A DNA stretch of 64,000 nucleotides from Candidatus Enterousia intestinigallinarum (GTDB taxonomy: Bacteria > Pseudomonadota > Alphaproteobacteria > Rs-D84): positions 10,794 to 74,793 of the forward strand of contig DVJI01000013.1 in the NCBI GenBank assembly GCA_018716885.1. The letters run 5' to 3'. The notes under the pieces were generated by a model. The model saw nothing but the letters and a program-made list of their open reading frames with translations. It was not told where the DNA came from and ran no database searches. Position 1 is the stretch's first letter; each line of letters starts with the position of its first letter. A program made the translations under genes and the position numbers. This document shows, one piece after another, positions 8,584 to 18,452 of this stretch.

Positions 8584-8676
8584 ATGCCGAAAACAAACCA
8601 CCGATTAAAATCGGTGTTTTTATTTTTGAAAAAATCCCGAATTTCTGCATTTTTTTACTCTCCATTTTTGCCGAAA
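8584..8676 (+). repeat. Conserved 93-nt 5' cassette, copy B
   Basis: 100% identical to 1124..1216. Confidence 0.9.
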
Positions 8677-9267
8677 AAAATTGGTCAATTCATATCAGCG
8701 ATAATAATTGCCACAACAATCGCAACGCCCGCTATGGCGTTCAAAGATTACAAATGCGGCTGTGGTTCACACTCTGATTTATATAATCGCCCGACCTGCT
8801 ATGCACCGCCAGATTATTTAACAGAATACTGTATAGTAAGTAAAACAAACGATACATTCACATACCGTGTACCAGACGGTATCAACGCCAAAGCGTGCAG
8901 TTTATGCTGGTGCTACGGATATACCGACAGCTGGCGTAGCGGTACCAATGGCGCCCTTGTCCGTACCGTATATACAGCCAAAGACACAAGCGCCACCCAA
9001 TGCGACTATTCATATGAAGACGAAGCCGCCTGTAATTCTGGATATTATGGATTACACGAGCCAGATTTCATGGTATACGCATGCGAGGAATGCCCATGGC
9101 TAGAAGATAAATACGGCACAATGCTGCACGGTTGGACAGAATACGCGAACACAAACACCGATATTACAGATTGCTATATAAGAAAAGAAGATACAGCCAC
9201 CGGTGTATGGTTTGAAGATGACACGGGTCAATACGCGATAACCGATGATTGTTATTATTCACTGTAA
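8584..9267 (+). CDS. Small secreted Cys-rich protein, family member 4
   Basis: ORF-track ATG at 8584. Alternative TTG start at 8668 gives signal peptide MPKKIGQFISAIIIATTIATPAMA. Motifs CNSGYYG, CEECP, ITDCYI, C-terminal DCYYSL. Confidence 0.6.
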   Translation: MPKTNHRLKSVFLFLKKSRISAFFYSPFLPKKIGQFISAIIIATTIATPAMAFKDYKCGCGSHSDLYNRPTCYAPPDYLTEYCIVSKTNDTFTYRVPDGINAKACSLCWCYGYTDSWRSGTNGALVRTVYTAKDTSATQCDYSYEDEAACNSGYYGLHEPDFMVYACEECPWLEDKYGTMLHGWTEYANTNTDITDCYIRKEDTATGVWFEDDTGQYAITDDCYYSL

Positions 9268-9278
9268 TAACAACATAT

Positions 9279-9305
9279 AAAAACCCCGCAGATACGGGGT
9301 TTTTC
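9279..9305. terminator. Bidirectional intrinsic terminator
   Basis: aaaaaccccgcagatacggggttttt, located between the convergent Cys-rich gene and dnaN. Confidence 0.65.
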
Positions 9306-9328
9306 TTGCTTGTATAACCCAAACAATT

Positions 9329-10447
9329 TTACATACGCATCGGCATCAATACGAACAATGCGTCTGTGTTTTTATCCGTTGACTTGATGATTGTCGGCGA
9401 TAACGGATCCTGCATTTCCATTTGGAATTTTTCACCTTCTACCTGTCCAGCAACATCCATCAAGAATTTTACATTAAACACAACCGTAAATGAACTGTCA
9501 CCATTGTATTCAATATCCAGTTCCTGGGTTGCAGTTCCGGCATCCGGGCTGGACGCATTTACAACCAACTTGTTCATAGAAAATGTCAACTGTACGGACT
9601 TGGTCTTGTCCACACTGGCAACCGACACCAAGTCAACCGCATTCAAGAACTGTTTTCTGTCCAGGATTGCAATCTTGTCATTACCCTTTGGAATAACAAC
9701 CCGATAGTTCGGATACTGTGCATCAACCAGTTTGCTGGTCAATGTTGCGGGGCCAACCGTAAAACGGGCCTTGGTATCCGACAGTTCAACAGTAACATCG
9801 TCAACAGTCGCATCTTCCAACAGTTTGGACAGTTCACCAATAACGCGACGTGGCAAAATAACCGCTGGCATTTCCGCACTGCCCGCCGGTGCCGGCATCG
9901 CGCACAACGCCATACGCTGAGCATCGGTTGCAACCGCAGTCAGCATTTTTTCTTTGCCCTCGTCAGAGATATGAAAATAAATCCCGCCCAAATGATAACG
10001 GACATCATCGGTCGGTATTGCAAACTTTGTCTGATTTATCAGGTGCGCCAAGTCACCAGTTGTCATTTGGAATTTTGTGGTCAGATTGCTGCCCGCCATT
10101 GCCGGGAAATTTTCCGCCGGCAGTGTCGGCAAATGGAACACCGCACGACCACTGGACACAACCAGTTGATCACCAGATTGTTTGAACGAAATTTCCGCAT
10201 CGTCTGGCAATTTACGCACAATGTCGTACAACATTTGTACCGGGACAGTTGTTTTCCCACCCAAAGTTATATCTGCGGCAACGTGCTCTACCAATTCCAA
10301 ATCAACGTTTGTTGCCGACAGAATCAAATCGTCTGCAACCTCTATCTTTACATTTACCAATATCGGCAGCGTTGCGCGCTTTTCCACAATCGACTGCATA
10401 TGCCCCAGCGCACGAATTAAAACCTGACGAAATACTGAAAATTCCAT
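9329..10447 (-). CDS. dnaN: DNA polymerase III beta sliding clamp
   Basis: 372 aa with three-domain clamp architecture. Confidence 0.9.
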   Translation of the reverse strand: MEFSVFRQVLIRALGHMQSIVEKRATLPILVNVKIEVADDLILSATNVDLELVEHVAADITLGGKTTVPVQMLYDIVRKLPDDAEISFKQSGDQLVVSSGRAVFHLPTLPAENFPAMAGSNLTTKFQMTTGDLAHLINQTKFAIPTDDVRYHLGGIYFHISDEGKEKMLTAVATDAQRMALCAMPAPAGSAEMPAVILPRRVIGELSKLLEDATVDDVTVELSDTKARFTVGPATLTSKLVDAQYPNYRVVIPKGNDKIAILDRKQFLNAVDLVSVASVDKTKSVQLTFSMNKLVVNASSPDAGTATQELDIEYNGDSSFTVVFNVKFLMDVAGQVEGEKFQMEMQDPLSPTIIKSTDKNTDALFVLMPMRM

Positions 10448-10615
10448 AATGTGCTCCTGTTAAATATATTTTCGTCCTACACTCTTTCGATTCAGTTTAT
10501 CAAAAAATGCCGATTCGGTGCAAGGGTTATTGACGTGTAAAACACCTGGACAAATCGTAATTTCAGTCCACTAAAAAGTGCCGCTATATTGCGGCACTTT
10601 ATTAGACGCAAAAAA

Positions 10616-11374
10616 CTATTTTCCCAAAACGCGTTCCAATTTGGCACGCAGTTTTTTCATATCGTCATATTTTGTAAATTTTCCCTTTTCGGCAATAGAT
10701 ATTTCACCGCTTTCTTCGGACACAACCAGCACGGTTGCACCGGATACCTCGCTCATCCCCAAGGCCGCCCGATGACGCGTTCCATATTTCCAGTTCAGGT
10801 TATTTTTAGACAGCGGCAATATCGCCCCGGCATACGCAATGCGTCCACGTTCTATTATAACCGCACCATCGTGCAGTGGTGTTTTATTAAAGAATATGGT
10901 CAACAACAGTTCACTGGAAATCGTGGCATCAACTGCAACCCCTGGTTTATCAATCGCGCTTTCATCCAAAGACCCTGTAAACACAATCAGCGCCCCCGTA
11001 TGCTTGGCCGACATATATTCAACTGCAGACACTATTTCATCCAACGATTTTGTATCACGTGGACGCTGCACCCCCGCACGAAAAATGCGTCGCCATTCAT
11101 CTATATTACCCATCAGTGCCATAAATTTGCGCAATTCCGGTTGAAACACAACAACCAAACTGATAGACAAAAACAGCGCCGTCCAATGCAAAAATGTCCC
11201 CAATAAATCCAAATGCGCCCAAGACAGCACGAAACTAAGCCCCCATAAAAGCGCCAATCCCAGCAACCCGCGCACTAATCTTTCCGATGAAGTGTTTTGT
11301 ATAAAGCCGCGATAAAACACCCACAGTAAAACAACAATTATCAGAATCTGAATCAACCCAAGCCAACTAAACAC
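10616..11374 (-). CDS. cdaA: Diadenylate cyclase CdaA (c-di-AMP synthase)
   Basis: Three N-terminal TM helices. DAC domain with LHDGAVII and GTRHRAA motifs. Confidence 0.8.
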   Translation of the reverse strand: MFSWLGLIQILIIVVLLWVFYRGFIQNTSSERLVRGLLGLALLWGLSFVLSWAHLDLLGTFLHWTALFLSISLVVVFQPELRKFMALMGNIDEWRRIFRAGVQRPRDTKSLDEIVSAVEYMSAKHTGALIVFTGSLDESAIDKPGVAVDATISSELLLTIFFNKTPLHDGAVIIERGRIAYAGAILPLSKNNLNWKYGTRHRAALGMSEVSGATVLVVSEESGEISIAEKGKFTKYDDMKKLRAKLERVLGK

Positions 11375-11380
11375 GATAAA

Positions 11381-13480
11381 CTATCCCCCTATACTGTTAT
11401 TGTTTAATATATTGTTCACTAATTCGGTCACCGACGTATCCATCCATTGCGGGTCATCACGCCGACGCGGCGCCCCACGTTCCAGTGCTGTTTCGCACGG
11501 ATTATCATCGGCCAGCCAATTTTCCAACAAGTCACCCGCCAACAATCCAACGCCGGCACCGGCAACCAGTCCTATGCCACCAGTAAACGGCGCCAACAAC
11601 AATCCTATTCCTGTGGCAGATGCAACTTTACCTGCAACGGCGGCACCACTTATTTGAATTGTTGGTTCTGCCAGATTACCAGTTATTTCTATTGAATTTA
11701 CCACATTACCCGTCAGCGACAATTTCAACCCACGCACCGGAACCGTGGTCAAGGCCAGTTGAATATCTTCATCACCCAAATCTAAACTGCCCGCCAGACG
11801 AACATTTATTGCGTTTGTTTCCACGGCAACGCCGTTTTGCGTTTCTATCAACCCGTCACGCAACTTGGTGTTCACAGACACACAGGATATTTTTATCTGG
11901 TTATACTTTTTTTCTGAACGGAACAAATCCTGAATACTATGCCGCAATGTTGTCAGGAAATCGGTTCCATACATATTGGCAACCAAAGCCGAATGCGCAT
12001 ATCCAGGCGCAGACGAATATACACGTACCGGTCCGGTCACTGTCTGCATCAGTTCGGATAAGTTTGTTCCATTAGCTTCGACATACGTTTCAAAATCGAC
12101 TGGCAAATCGGAAATAAAATTATCAATATGAATCTGGTTTAACAGTGTCCCGATAACTATACCGCGTCCCTGCCCGCCCATTTGCACATACATACGCCCG
12201 TCTGCATCAATATCGACATTTGCCGCTGCACGAACGGGACCGTCCGCAATTTTTACCGCCGCATCAACACGTCCGTGTCCATTATTCACTGTCACTGTTG
12301 CATCAACATCGCGCAGGTTAAAATCACGATACACGATGAAATTATCCAACAAAACGTGCAAATCCAGATTGAACTTCAAAAATTCGGCCCCAAACAAAGG
12401 TATATCGTGAAACACATTTAATTCCCTGTCTGGACGTACCCAGGGTCGGCCGTATAAATCCGGGAAAAGTTCCAACAGATTTATAGATTTTGATTCCAGT
12501 GTCGCCGTAATATTCGGCATTTTTCCAGACCAGTCAACCACCCCCGAAAACGCCAACGTATTTCCACGAACTTTTATCGACGAATTGCGCAGTGATAATT
12601 TTTGCCAATCATAGCCGCCAGAAATATTCACCTTGACGGCCGGCATCTGGGTCAGGTTCAAGTTAAAAATATTCCCCAGCGCAGTCGTATCCGGAATATC
12701 GCCCTTTATTATAAAATCAATTGGTGCCTTGCTGGTACCTTCCAGCGCGACGTTTGCAATCAACGCATCCCCGCCGGTTGCAAACGCAATACGAACCGGA
12801 TATACGCGCCGTTCAGCATTATATTTTGAAAAAGACAATATAAACGGAAAAACATCAGCATTTGATTTAATCCAACCGCTGTATTCGCGCGTATCGGTAC
12901 GTGGCATATATCTGATTTGAAATCCGTCCAACGAATATTCAGCCCCCAATATATCAATATCCAGATTTTGAACCTCTAACCCGCCAAGTCCCGGATCAAC
13001 AAACGGAAAATCCGTCGGACCGACAGCACCCGGTGTTGCGGCGGCTTCCGATGAAGCGTCTTTTATTTTTGGCGCAATGGAAAATTCGCCCTTGTCATTT
13101 TGTTCTATACATATAGACGCGTCATAAATTTTGATATTTTGAATTGTGGGCCTGTCTTGAAACAGCGATATCAAATCCAAACGTACGTCTATTTTTTCCG
13201 CACTAAAGGCATCTTTGTGCCTTGCCCAGGCAGCATTTGGAATCCGAACCTGGTTTAATTCGATCTGGGGACGCAGTGACAATTTCCACGAAACCGCGCC
13301 ATCAATTTCCACGGGCAGACCGGTGGCGTCCTGCAGTACAGACAGAACATCACCACGCAACGCTTCTAAATTTATCTGTGACAAAGCAATTATAACGGCC
13401 ACCACCAACCCCATTACGAACAGGGTCAGCACCCGCATAATTTTGAAAAAGGTTCCTTCTTTTTTCTTTTTTTTGGCCAT
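11381..13480 (-). CDS. AsmA-family outer-membrane biogenesis protein
   Basis: 699 aa. N-terminal TM anchor and an AsmA-like N-domain. Sits 7 nt upstream of cdaA. Confidence 0.55.
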   Translation of the reverse strand: MAKKKKKEGTFFKIMRVLTLFVMGLVVAVIIALSQINLEALRGDVLSVLQDATGLPVEIDGAVSWKLSLRPQIELNQVRIPNAAWARHKDAFSAEKIDVRLDLISLFQDRPTIQNIKIYDASICIEQNDKGEFSIAPKIKDASSEAAATPGAVGPTDFPFVDPGLGGLEVQNLDIDILGAEYSLDGFQIRYMPRTDTREYSGWIKSNADVFPFILSFSKYNAERRVYPVRIAFATGGDALIANVALEGTSKAPIDFIIKGDIPDTTALGNIFNLNLTQMPAVKVNISGGYDWQKLSLRNSSIKVRGNTLAFSGVVDWSGKMPNITATLESKSINLLELFPDLYGRPWVRPDRELNVFHDIPLFGAEFLKFNLDLHVLLDNFIVYRDFNLRDVDATVTVNNGHGRVDAAVKIADGPVRAAANVDIDADGRMYVQMGGQGRGIVIGTLLNQIHIDNFISDLPVDFETYVEANGTNLSELMQTVTGPVRVYSSAPGYAHSALVANMYGTDFLTTLRHSIQDLFRSEKKYNQIKISCVSVNTKLRDGLIETQNGVAVETNAINVRLAGSLDLGDEDIQLALTTVPVRGLKLSLTGNVVNSIEITGNLAEPTIQISGAAVAGKVASATGIGLLLAPFTGGIGLVAGAGVGLLAGDLLENWLADDNPCETALERGAPRRRDDPQWMDTSVTELVNNILNNNSIGG

Positions 13481-13495
13481 TTTTAACAGCGTTTG

Positions 13496-14467
13496 TTACG
13501 GTAACTTAAATTCCAAGAACTTTATCACCGGTTGCATAAAATCCGGTATTGGCGCGCGCAAAGTCATTGTCCGGCCACTAGACGGATGCCGAAATGTTAG
13601 CTTATATGCTAACAAAAACAAGTTATTTGTTTCCAACATAGAACGCAGTGCCCCGTCCAATTTCTTGTCCGCACCATACAACATATCCCCCACAATCGGC
13701 GCGTGCAGTGTCAATGCACTGTGCACACGCAACTGATGCGTACGGCCGGTTTTTGGCGAAAACAGCACCCAGGACAGATGCCCACCCGCACTGGATAATA
13801 CCTGATATTCCGTTATTGCACGTTGTGGTCGTTGGCCGGTGCCGTTGTTCAGACGCGCTGGGCTGTCAAAGACCTGACCCTTGACCATATAGTTATCGAT
13901 TACACCGCGCTTTGGGCGCACATCGCCATTTAACAAGGCCAGATATTCCTTATGCGCGGTTTTGTTTTGAAACTGTGCGGCCAAATCCTGGGCAGCACGT
14001 TGATTTTTTGCGACGATTAAAATACCACTGGTTTCCCTGTCCAATCGATGAACCAGTGAAATCTTGTCATATGGGAACAATGCGGCCGCCATTTTATCGA
14101 CTGATTTGCGAATACCGGTTCCGCCCTGTACCGCCAAACCGGCCGGCTTGTTAAACACAACAATGTCTTCATCGTTATGAATTATACACTGGCGCAAATC
14201 TTCCAAATCCGCCAAAGAAAATCGTGCACCACTTTCGGTCTTTTTCCCAGGCACGGCCGCGTAACTGGTCAACGTCGGCGGGACACGCACAACATCACCG
14301 GCGCGCAAAATTTCCTGTCCACGGGCACGCGACGAATTTACACGTATCTGACCACCGCGACACAATTTATAAAACTCACGCTGGGGCATAGACGGAAAAC
14401 GGCGCAAAAACCAGCGCAGCAATCGTGTTCCATCTTCGGTTTGGGAAACCTGAATCAATTCAGCCAT
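13496..14467 (-). CDS. RluA-family 23S rRNA pseudouridine synthase (RluC/D-like)
   Basis: S4-like N-terminus. HRLDRETSG catalytic motif. Confidence 0.8.
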   Translation of the reverse strand: MAELIQVSQTEDGTRLLRWFLRRFPSMPQREFYKLCRGGQIRVNSSRARGQEILRAGDVVRVPPTLTSYAAVPGKKTESGARFSLADLEDLRQCIIHNDEDIVVFNKPAGLAVQGGTGIRKSVDKMAAALFPYDKISLVHRLDRETSGILIVAKNQRAAQDLAAQFQNKTAHKEYLALLNGDVRPKRGVIDNYMVKGQVFDSPARLNNGTGQRPQRAITEYQVLSSAGGHLSWVLFSPKTGRTHQLRVHSALTLHAPIVGDMLYGADKKLDGALRSMLETNNLFLLAYKLTFRHPSSGRTMTLRAPIPDFMQPVIKFLEFKLP

Positions 14468-14488
14468 AGTACCGGCCCCCGTCCAGAA

Positions 14489-14953
14489 TTATTCGCCGTA
14501 CGTAATTTGAACGACGTTTTCACCATTGGCATTACTGCACGACCCAGACGCGCCACTTTGCGTGTGACCGGACATTTCATATCCAACCGAATCAGTCCAG
14601 GCCTTGGCCACAATGGCTTGACAATCAGATTGACTCAACCCAGTTATTGATACTATAAACTGACGACTGTTTGACGGGTTCACAGAAACTTCATACGTAC
14701 CACCATACGGATTTTGGTTCGACATACCAATAGCACCAAATACAGTCGCGCTGTTTATGCTGGAATAATCATCGTACTGATTATAAATACTGCGCACCTG
14801 GGTTACAATCTGCAAAACTTCGTCATTGACACTGTTGCGCTTTTGCAAATTCATCGCACTGGAAATAGCGGCAATCGCCCCAACAGTAATCACACCCATA
14901 ATTGCCAACACACCCATCATTTCAATCATAGAACGTCCGGATTCTTGTTTCAT
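14489..14953 (-). CDS. Type IV pilin / pseudopilin-like protein
   Basis: N-terminus MKQESG|RSMIEMMGVLAIMGVI with Glu at +5: a prepilin cleavage/methylation-type leader. Followed by a hydrophobic helix and a C-terminal Cys pair. Confidence 0.55.
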   Translation of the reverse strand: MKQESGRSMIEMMGVLAIMGVITVGAIAAISSAMNLQKRNSVNDEVLQIVTQVRSIYNQYDDYSSINSATVFGAIGMSNQNPYGGTYEVSVNPSNSRQFIVSITGLSQSDCQAIVAKAWTDSVGYEMSGHTQSGASGSCSNANGENVVQITYGE

Positions 14954-15004
14954 AATTTCAACCTCTGTTTGCTATTTATTTTTTTATATTCTATCATAAA
15001 TACT

Positions 15005-16429
15005 ATGAATATTCAATTTTCTGATTTGATTGAAAACAGTCCCAACGCCCCGGGCGTCTATAAAATGTACGACGCGGACGGCGCCCTGCTTTACGTGGGC
15101 AAGGCCAAAAATCTGTCCAACAGATTACGGCAATATATGGACATATCAAAACTGGAACCGCATAAACAGGTTATGCGCACACTGGTTGCACGTGTTGACT
15201 GGGAAATTGTTCCAACTGAATCCGATGCACTGATTCTGGAACAGCATTTAATCAAAACACTAAAGCCAAAATACAACATAATGCTGACCGACGGGAAAAT
15301 GTACCCGATGATTGCCCTGACAAAATCGGAATACCCCCGCCTGATGAAATTTCGCGGCAAAATATCCCAGCGTCGTGACGTGTACGGCCCCTATCCGTCG
15401 GTCAGCGCACTGAACGAAACAATCAAGACGATTCAAAAGGTATGCAAAATACGAACGTGCACGGACACGTTTATGCGCAACCGCACGCGTCCGTGTCTGT
15501 TGTACCAAATCGGCCGATGCAGCGCACCGTGCACAATTACGCAAACGGACTATGCCGAAAATGTGGCGTTGGCGCGTCGGATTCTGACCGGGGACAGTGA
15601 ACCGATTATCGCAGATTTAACCCGCCAGATGAAAAAATATTCCGACGCAATGGACTTTGAATCGGCGGCGGCAATACGCGACAAAATCGCCGCAATGACA
15701 CAAACATCAAACCGCGGTATGCGGCGGAATCGTGCACATAGCGCAAATTTTGACTGGCCGGATGCGGTCGCTGATTTGGAACGTTGGTTGGGATTAAAAA
15801 TAAATTGTGCTGGGGTGTTTGATAATTCGCATCTGTTTGGACGCAGCCCCGTTGGTGCGATGATAACATTTGGGCACGACGGATTTATCAAGGCCGGATA
15901 CAGGCATTTCAAACTGCGTGATGCGGCACGCGCCGGTAATGATATCGCAATGATGGCTGAATTTGTATCGCGTGCAGTCGAACGTGGTCCAAAATTGGAT
16001 TTGATTATTGTTGATGGCGGTCCGGCCCAATGGAACATAGCGCACAAAACGGCGCCAGATATTCCAATTTTAGGTGTCACCAAGGGCGAAGTTCGTGACG
16101 GCGACGAGCACTTTATTATGCCCGACGGCACCGTTTGCCGCGATATACCAAAAGATTCACGGTTGTTCTTGCTGCTGCGCGCCGTGCGTGACGAAGCACA
16201 CAGATTTGTAATAACGTTTCATCGCACCGTCCGGGCAAAACAAATGACATCATCCGTACTGGATGAAATTGACGGCATTGGCCCGACACGCAAACGCGCA
16301 CTGTTAAACCATTTTGGTTCAGTTCGCGCAATAACCGATGCCAACCTGGACGCTTTAATGCACGTACCGGGCTTGGGAAAAGCAGCCGCAGAAAAAATAT
16401 ATGCCCATTTCCATTCAGAAGTGGTATAA
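15005..16429 (+). CDS. uvrC: Excinuclease ABC subunit C (compact)
   Basis: GIY-YIG N-domain, Cys-rich region, UvrB-interacting motif, RNase H-like domain, C-terminal HhH. Start MNIQFSDL chosen to avoid overlap with the pilin gene. Confidence 0.85.
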   Translation: MNIQFSDLIENSPNAPGVYKMYDADGALLYVGKAKNLSNRLRQYMDISKLEPHKQVMRTLVARVDWEIVPTESDALILEQHLIKTLKPKYNIMLTDGKMYPMIALTKSEYPRLMKFRGKISQRRDVYGPYPSVSALNETIKTIQKVCKIRTCTDTFMRNRTRPCLLYQIGRCSAPCTITQTDYAENVALARRILTGDSEPIIADLTRQMKKYSDAMDFESAAAIRDKIAAMTQTSNRGMRRNRAHSANFDWPDAVADLERWLGLKINCAGVFDNSHLFGRSPVGAMITFGHDGFIKAGYRHFKLRDAARAGNDIAMMAEFVSRAVERGPKLDLIIVDGGPAQWNIAHKTAPDIPILGVTKGEVRDGDEHFIMPDGTVCRDIPKDSRLFLLLRAVRDEAHRFVITFHRTVRAKQMTSSVLDEIDGIGPTRKRALLNHFGSVRAITDANLDALMHVPGLGKAAAEKIYAHFHSEVV

Positions 16430-16466
16430 TAATTGCATTGATATAAAAAACCCAAGGAGTTGCATT

Positions 16467-17066
16467 ATGAAATTTTTCGTAAACTTTTTATCGGCATTTC
16501 GCATTGCTGCGGCATTTGCGATTATACCAACACTGATGTTCGGACTGTATTGGACGTCGTTCATATTGTTCTTGCTGGCGGCGGTGTCTGATTGGTTTGA
16601 CGGATTTTTGGCACGCAAATATAACGTATGCACAAAATTGGGCGGCGTTATGGATCACATTGGCGACAAATTGCTGGTGGTCAACACATTGATTATGCTG
16701 ACGGTTATGATGCCGGTATGGTTTATCGTTGTACCAGTTATCTTGATGATTGCACGTGAATTATATATCAGCGGCCTGCGTGAATTTCTGGGCACCCAGA
16801 AAATTGAAATGCCGGTACCCAAGGCCCGCTTTTCAATGGGTAAGATAAAAACAACCCTGCAGATGATAGCAATAGTTGCATTTTTACTGATGTTTGCAAT
16901 GGCGACACTGATGACCACCACGAACAGCAGTTTTGTAATGTGGACAATAAACGTACTGCCATATATTGGTATGTGGGGCACGTGGTTGGCACTGGTTGCA
17001 TCCCTGTGGTCTGCGACACAATATACATTTACATTTGCCCAAAAGTTAAAGCAAATAAAGAAATAA
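16467..17066 (+). CDS. pgsA: CDP-alcohol phosphatidyltransferase (likely PgsA)
   Basis: DxxAR...G...D motif (DWFDGFLARK...GGVMDHIGDK). RBS aaggag. Confidence 0.75.
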   Translation: MKFFVNFLSAFRIAAAFAIIPTLMFGLYWTSFILFLLAAVSDWFDGFLARKYNVCTKLGGVMDHIGDKLLVVNTLIMLTVMMPVWFIVVPVILMIARELYISGLREFLGTQKIEMPVPKARFSMGKIKTTLQMIAIVAFLLMFAMATLMTTTNSSFVMWTINVLPYIGMWGTWLALVASLWSATQYTFTFAQKLKQIKK

Positions 17067-17072
17067 TACAAC

Positions 17073-17102
17073 AAAATCCCGTCAAAAAAGACGGGATTTT
17101 TA
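17073..17102 (+). terminator. Intrinsic terminator
   Basis: aaaatcccgtcaaaaaagacgggattttt. Confidence 0.6.
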
Positions 17103-17162
17103 TTGCAATACAAAACGCGCTATGTGTTGGATTTTATGCACATAGCGCGATTTTATATTATA

Positions 17163-18290
17163 TTAAAACCAACCTTTTTTTGCGCCCTTGGTACCGGCAA
17201 ATTCGGTCAATATTTTCTTTTGCTTTTCGGTCAGTTTTGTTGGCACCGGCATATTTATTTCTATATACAAATCGCCAAACGTGCCCGCACGACGCCCCGG
17301 CATACCGTGTCCGCGCACACGCAGTTTTTCACCAATCTGCGTGCCGGCTGGCACCTTGACCGACAGTTTCTTGTCATCAATGGTATCAACCTCTATCTCG
17401 CCCCCCAGTGCCAATGTGGTGAACGGAATATCTGCGCGTGTTATCAAATCCGCACCGTCGCGGACAAAACGCTTGTCCGGTCGAATGTGTATATCCAGAT
17501 AGAAATCACCGGCCGGCGCACCGTTTTGGCCGGCCTCGCCCTGACCTGCCAGACGCAGGCGCGCACCGTCTTCAACCCCCGCTGGAATTTTTACATCCAA
17601 CGTTCTGGTTTTGCGAACAGTACCCGCGCCGTCGCATTGCGGACACTTCTTGTCTATTTTATGTCCCAACCCGTTACAATCCGGACACGGCGTTTCCATC
17701 GCAAAAAATCCACGCGACGTGCGAACATAGCCCGTTCCGCCACAACGTGGACAGGTTGGCGCCTCTTTCCCATCGGCGGTACCAAAACCGTGGCACTTGT
17801 CACATTCAACATTTGTCGTGAATTTTACAGTATGCGTTGTGCCGAAATATGCATCACGCAGGTCAATTACCACTTCGTCCAACAAGTCGCGACCGCGACG
17901 TTGCGCATCGGCACGTGCGCCGCCACCCATATCAAATCCAAAACCGCGCATTGCTTCGCGCAGAATATCGTCCATACCGGCGCCGCCACCCATATTGAAA
18001 TGAAACGCGCCATTACCGAACGGATTGCCACCCGCGCCAAACGGGTTTGCCCCGGATGCATTACCACCTGCAAACGCCGCATCACCAAAACGGTCATATG
18101 CCGCACGCTTCTGCGGATCTTTCAAGATATCAAATGCATTGTTGACTTCTTTGAATTTTTCTTCAGCGTCTTTATTACCGGGGTTTCGGTCGGGATGATA
18201 TTGCATAACCAGTTTATGATACGCCTTTTTAATATCTGCATCGGACGCATCGCGCGCGACCCCTAAAACTTCATACGGATTTTTGTTCAT
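17163..18290 (-). CDS. dnaJ: Chaperone DnaJ
   Basis: J-domain with HPD. Gly/Phe-rich region. Four CxxCxGxG zinc-finger repeats. Confidence 0.9.
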   Translation of the reverse strand: MNKNPYEVLGVARDASDADIKKAYHKLVMQYHPDRNPGNKDAEEKFKEVNNAFDILKDPQKRAAYDRFGDAAFAGGNASGANPFGAGGNPFGNGAFHFNMGGGAGMDDILREAMRGFGFDMGGGARADAQRRGRDLLDEVVIDLRDAYFGTTHTVKFTTNVECDKCHGFGTADGKEAPTCPRCGGTGYVRTSRGFFAMETPCPDCNGLGHKIDKKCPQCDGAGTVRKTRTLDVKIPAGVEDGARLRLAGQGEAGQNGAPAGDFYLDIHIRPDKRFVRDGADLITRADIPFTTLALGGEIEVDTIDDKKLSVKVPAGTQIGEKLRVRGHGMPGRRAGTFGDLYIEINMPVPTKLTEKQKKILTEFAGTKGAKKGWF

Positions 18291-18452
18291 TTTGTTGTTC
18301 CATAATTATTATGTCCACAAATATATAGATATAATAATATAAAAATCAAGGTTATAAAAATATTTTCCTTTGAATTTGAGTAAGTATCCCGCGCCATACA
18401 ACAAATTCTTTCACTTGCAAGATTTGGCAAAATGTACTAATAATGTTGTGCT

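Noticed and set aside
10589-11206. 205-aa plus-strand ORF
   Set aside because: Antisense to cdaA, which has clear motif support.
14714-15004. N-terminal 97 codons of the uvrC ORF-track entry
   Set aside because: They overlap the pilin gene on the opposite strand. The conserved GIY-YIG domain begins at the internal Met at 15005.
17103-18266. 387-aa plus-strand ORF
   Set aside because: Entirely antisense to the well-supported dnaJ gene. Its Arg/Thr-rich low-complexity translation is typical of GC-rich antisense frames.
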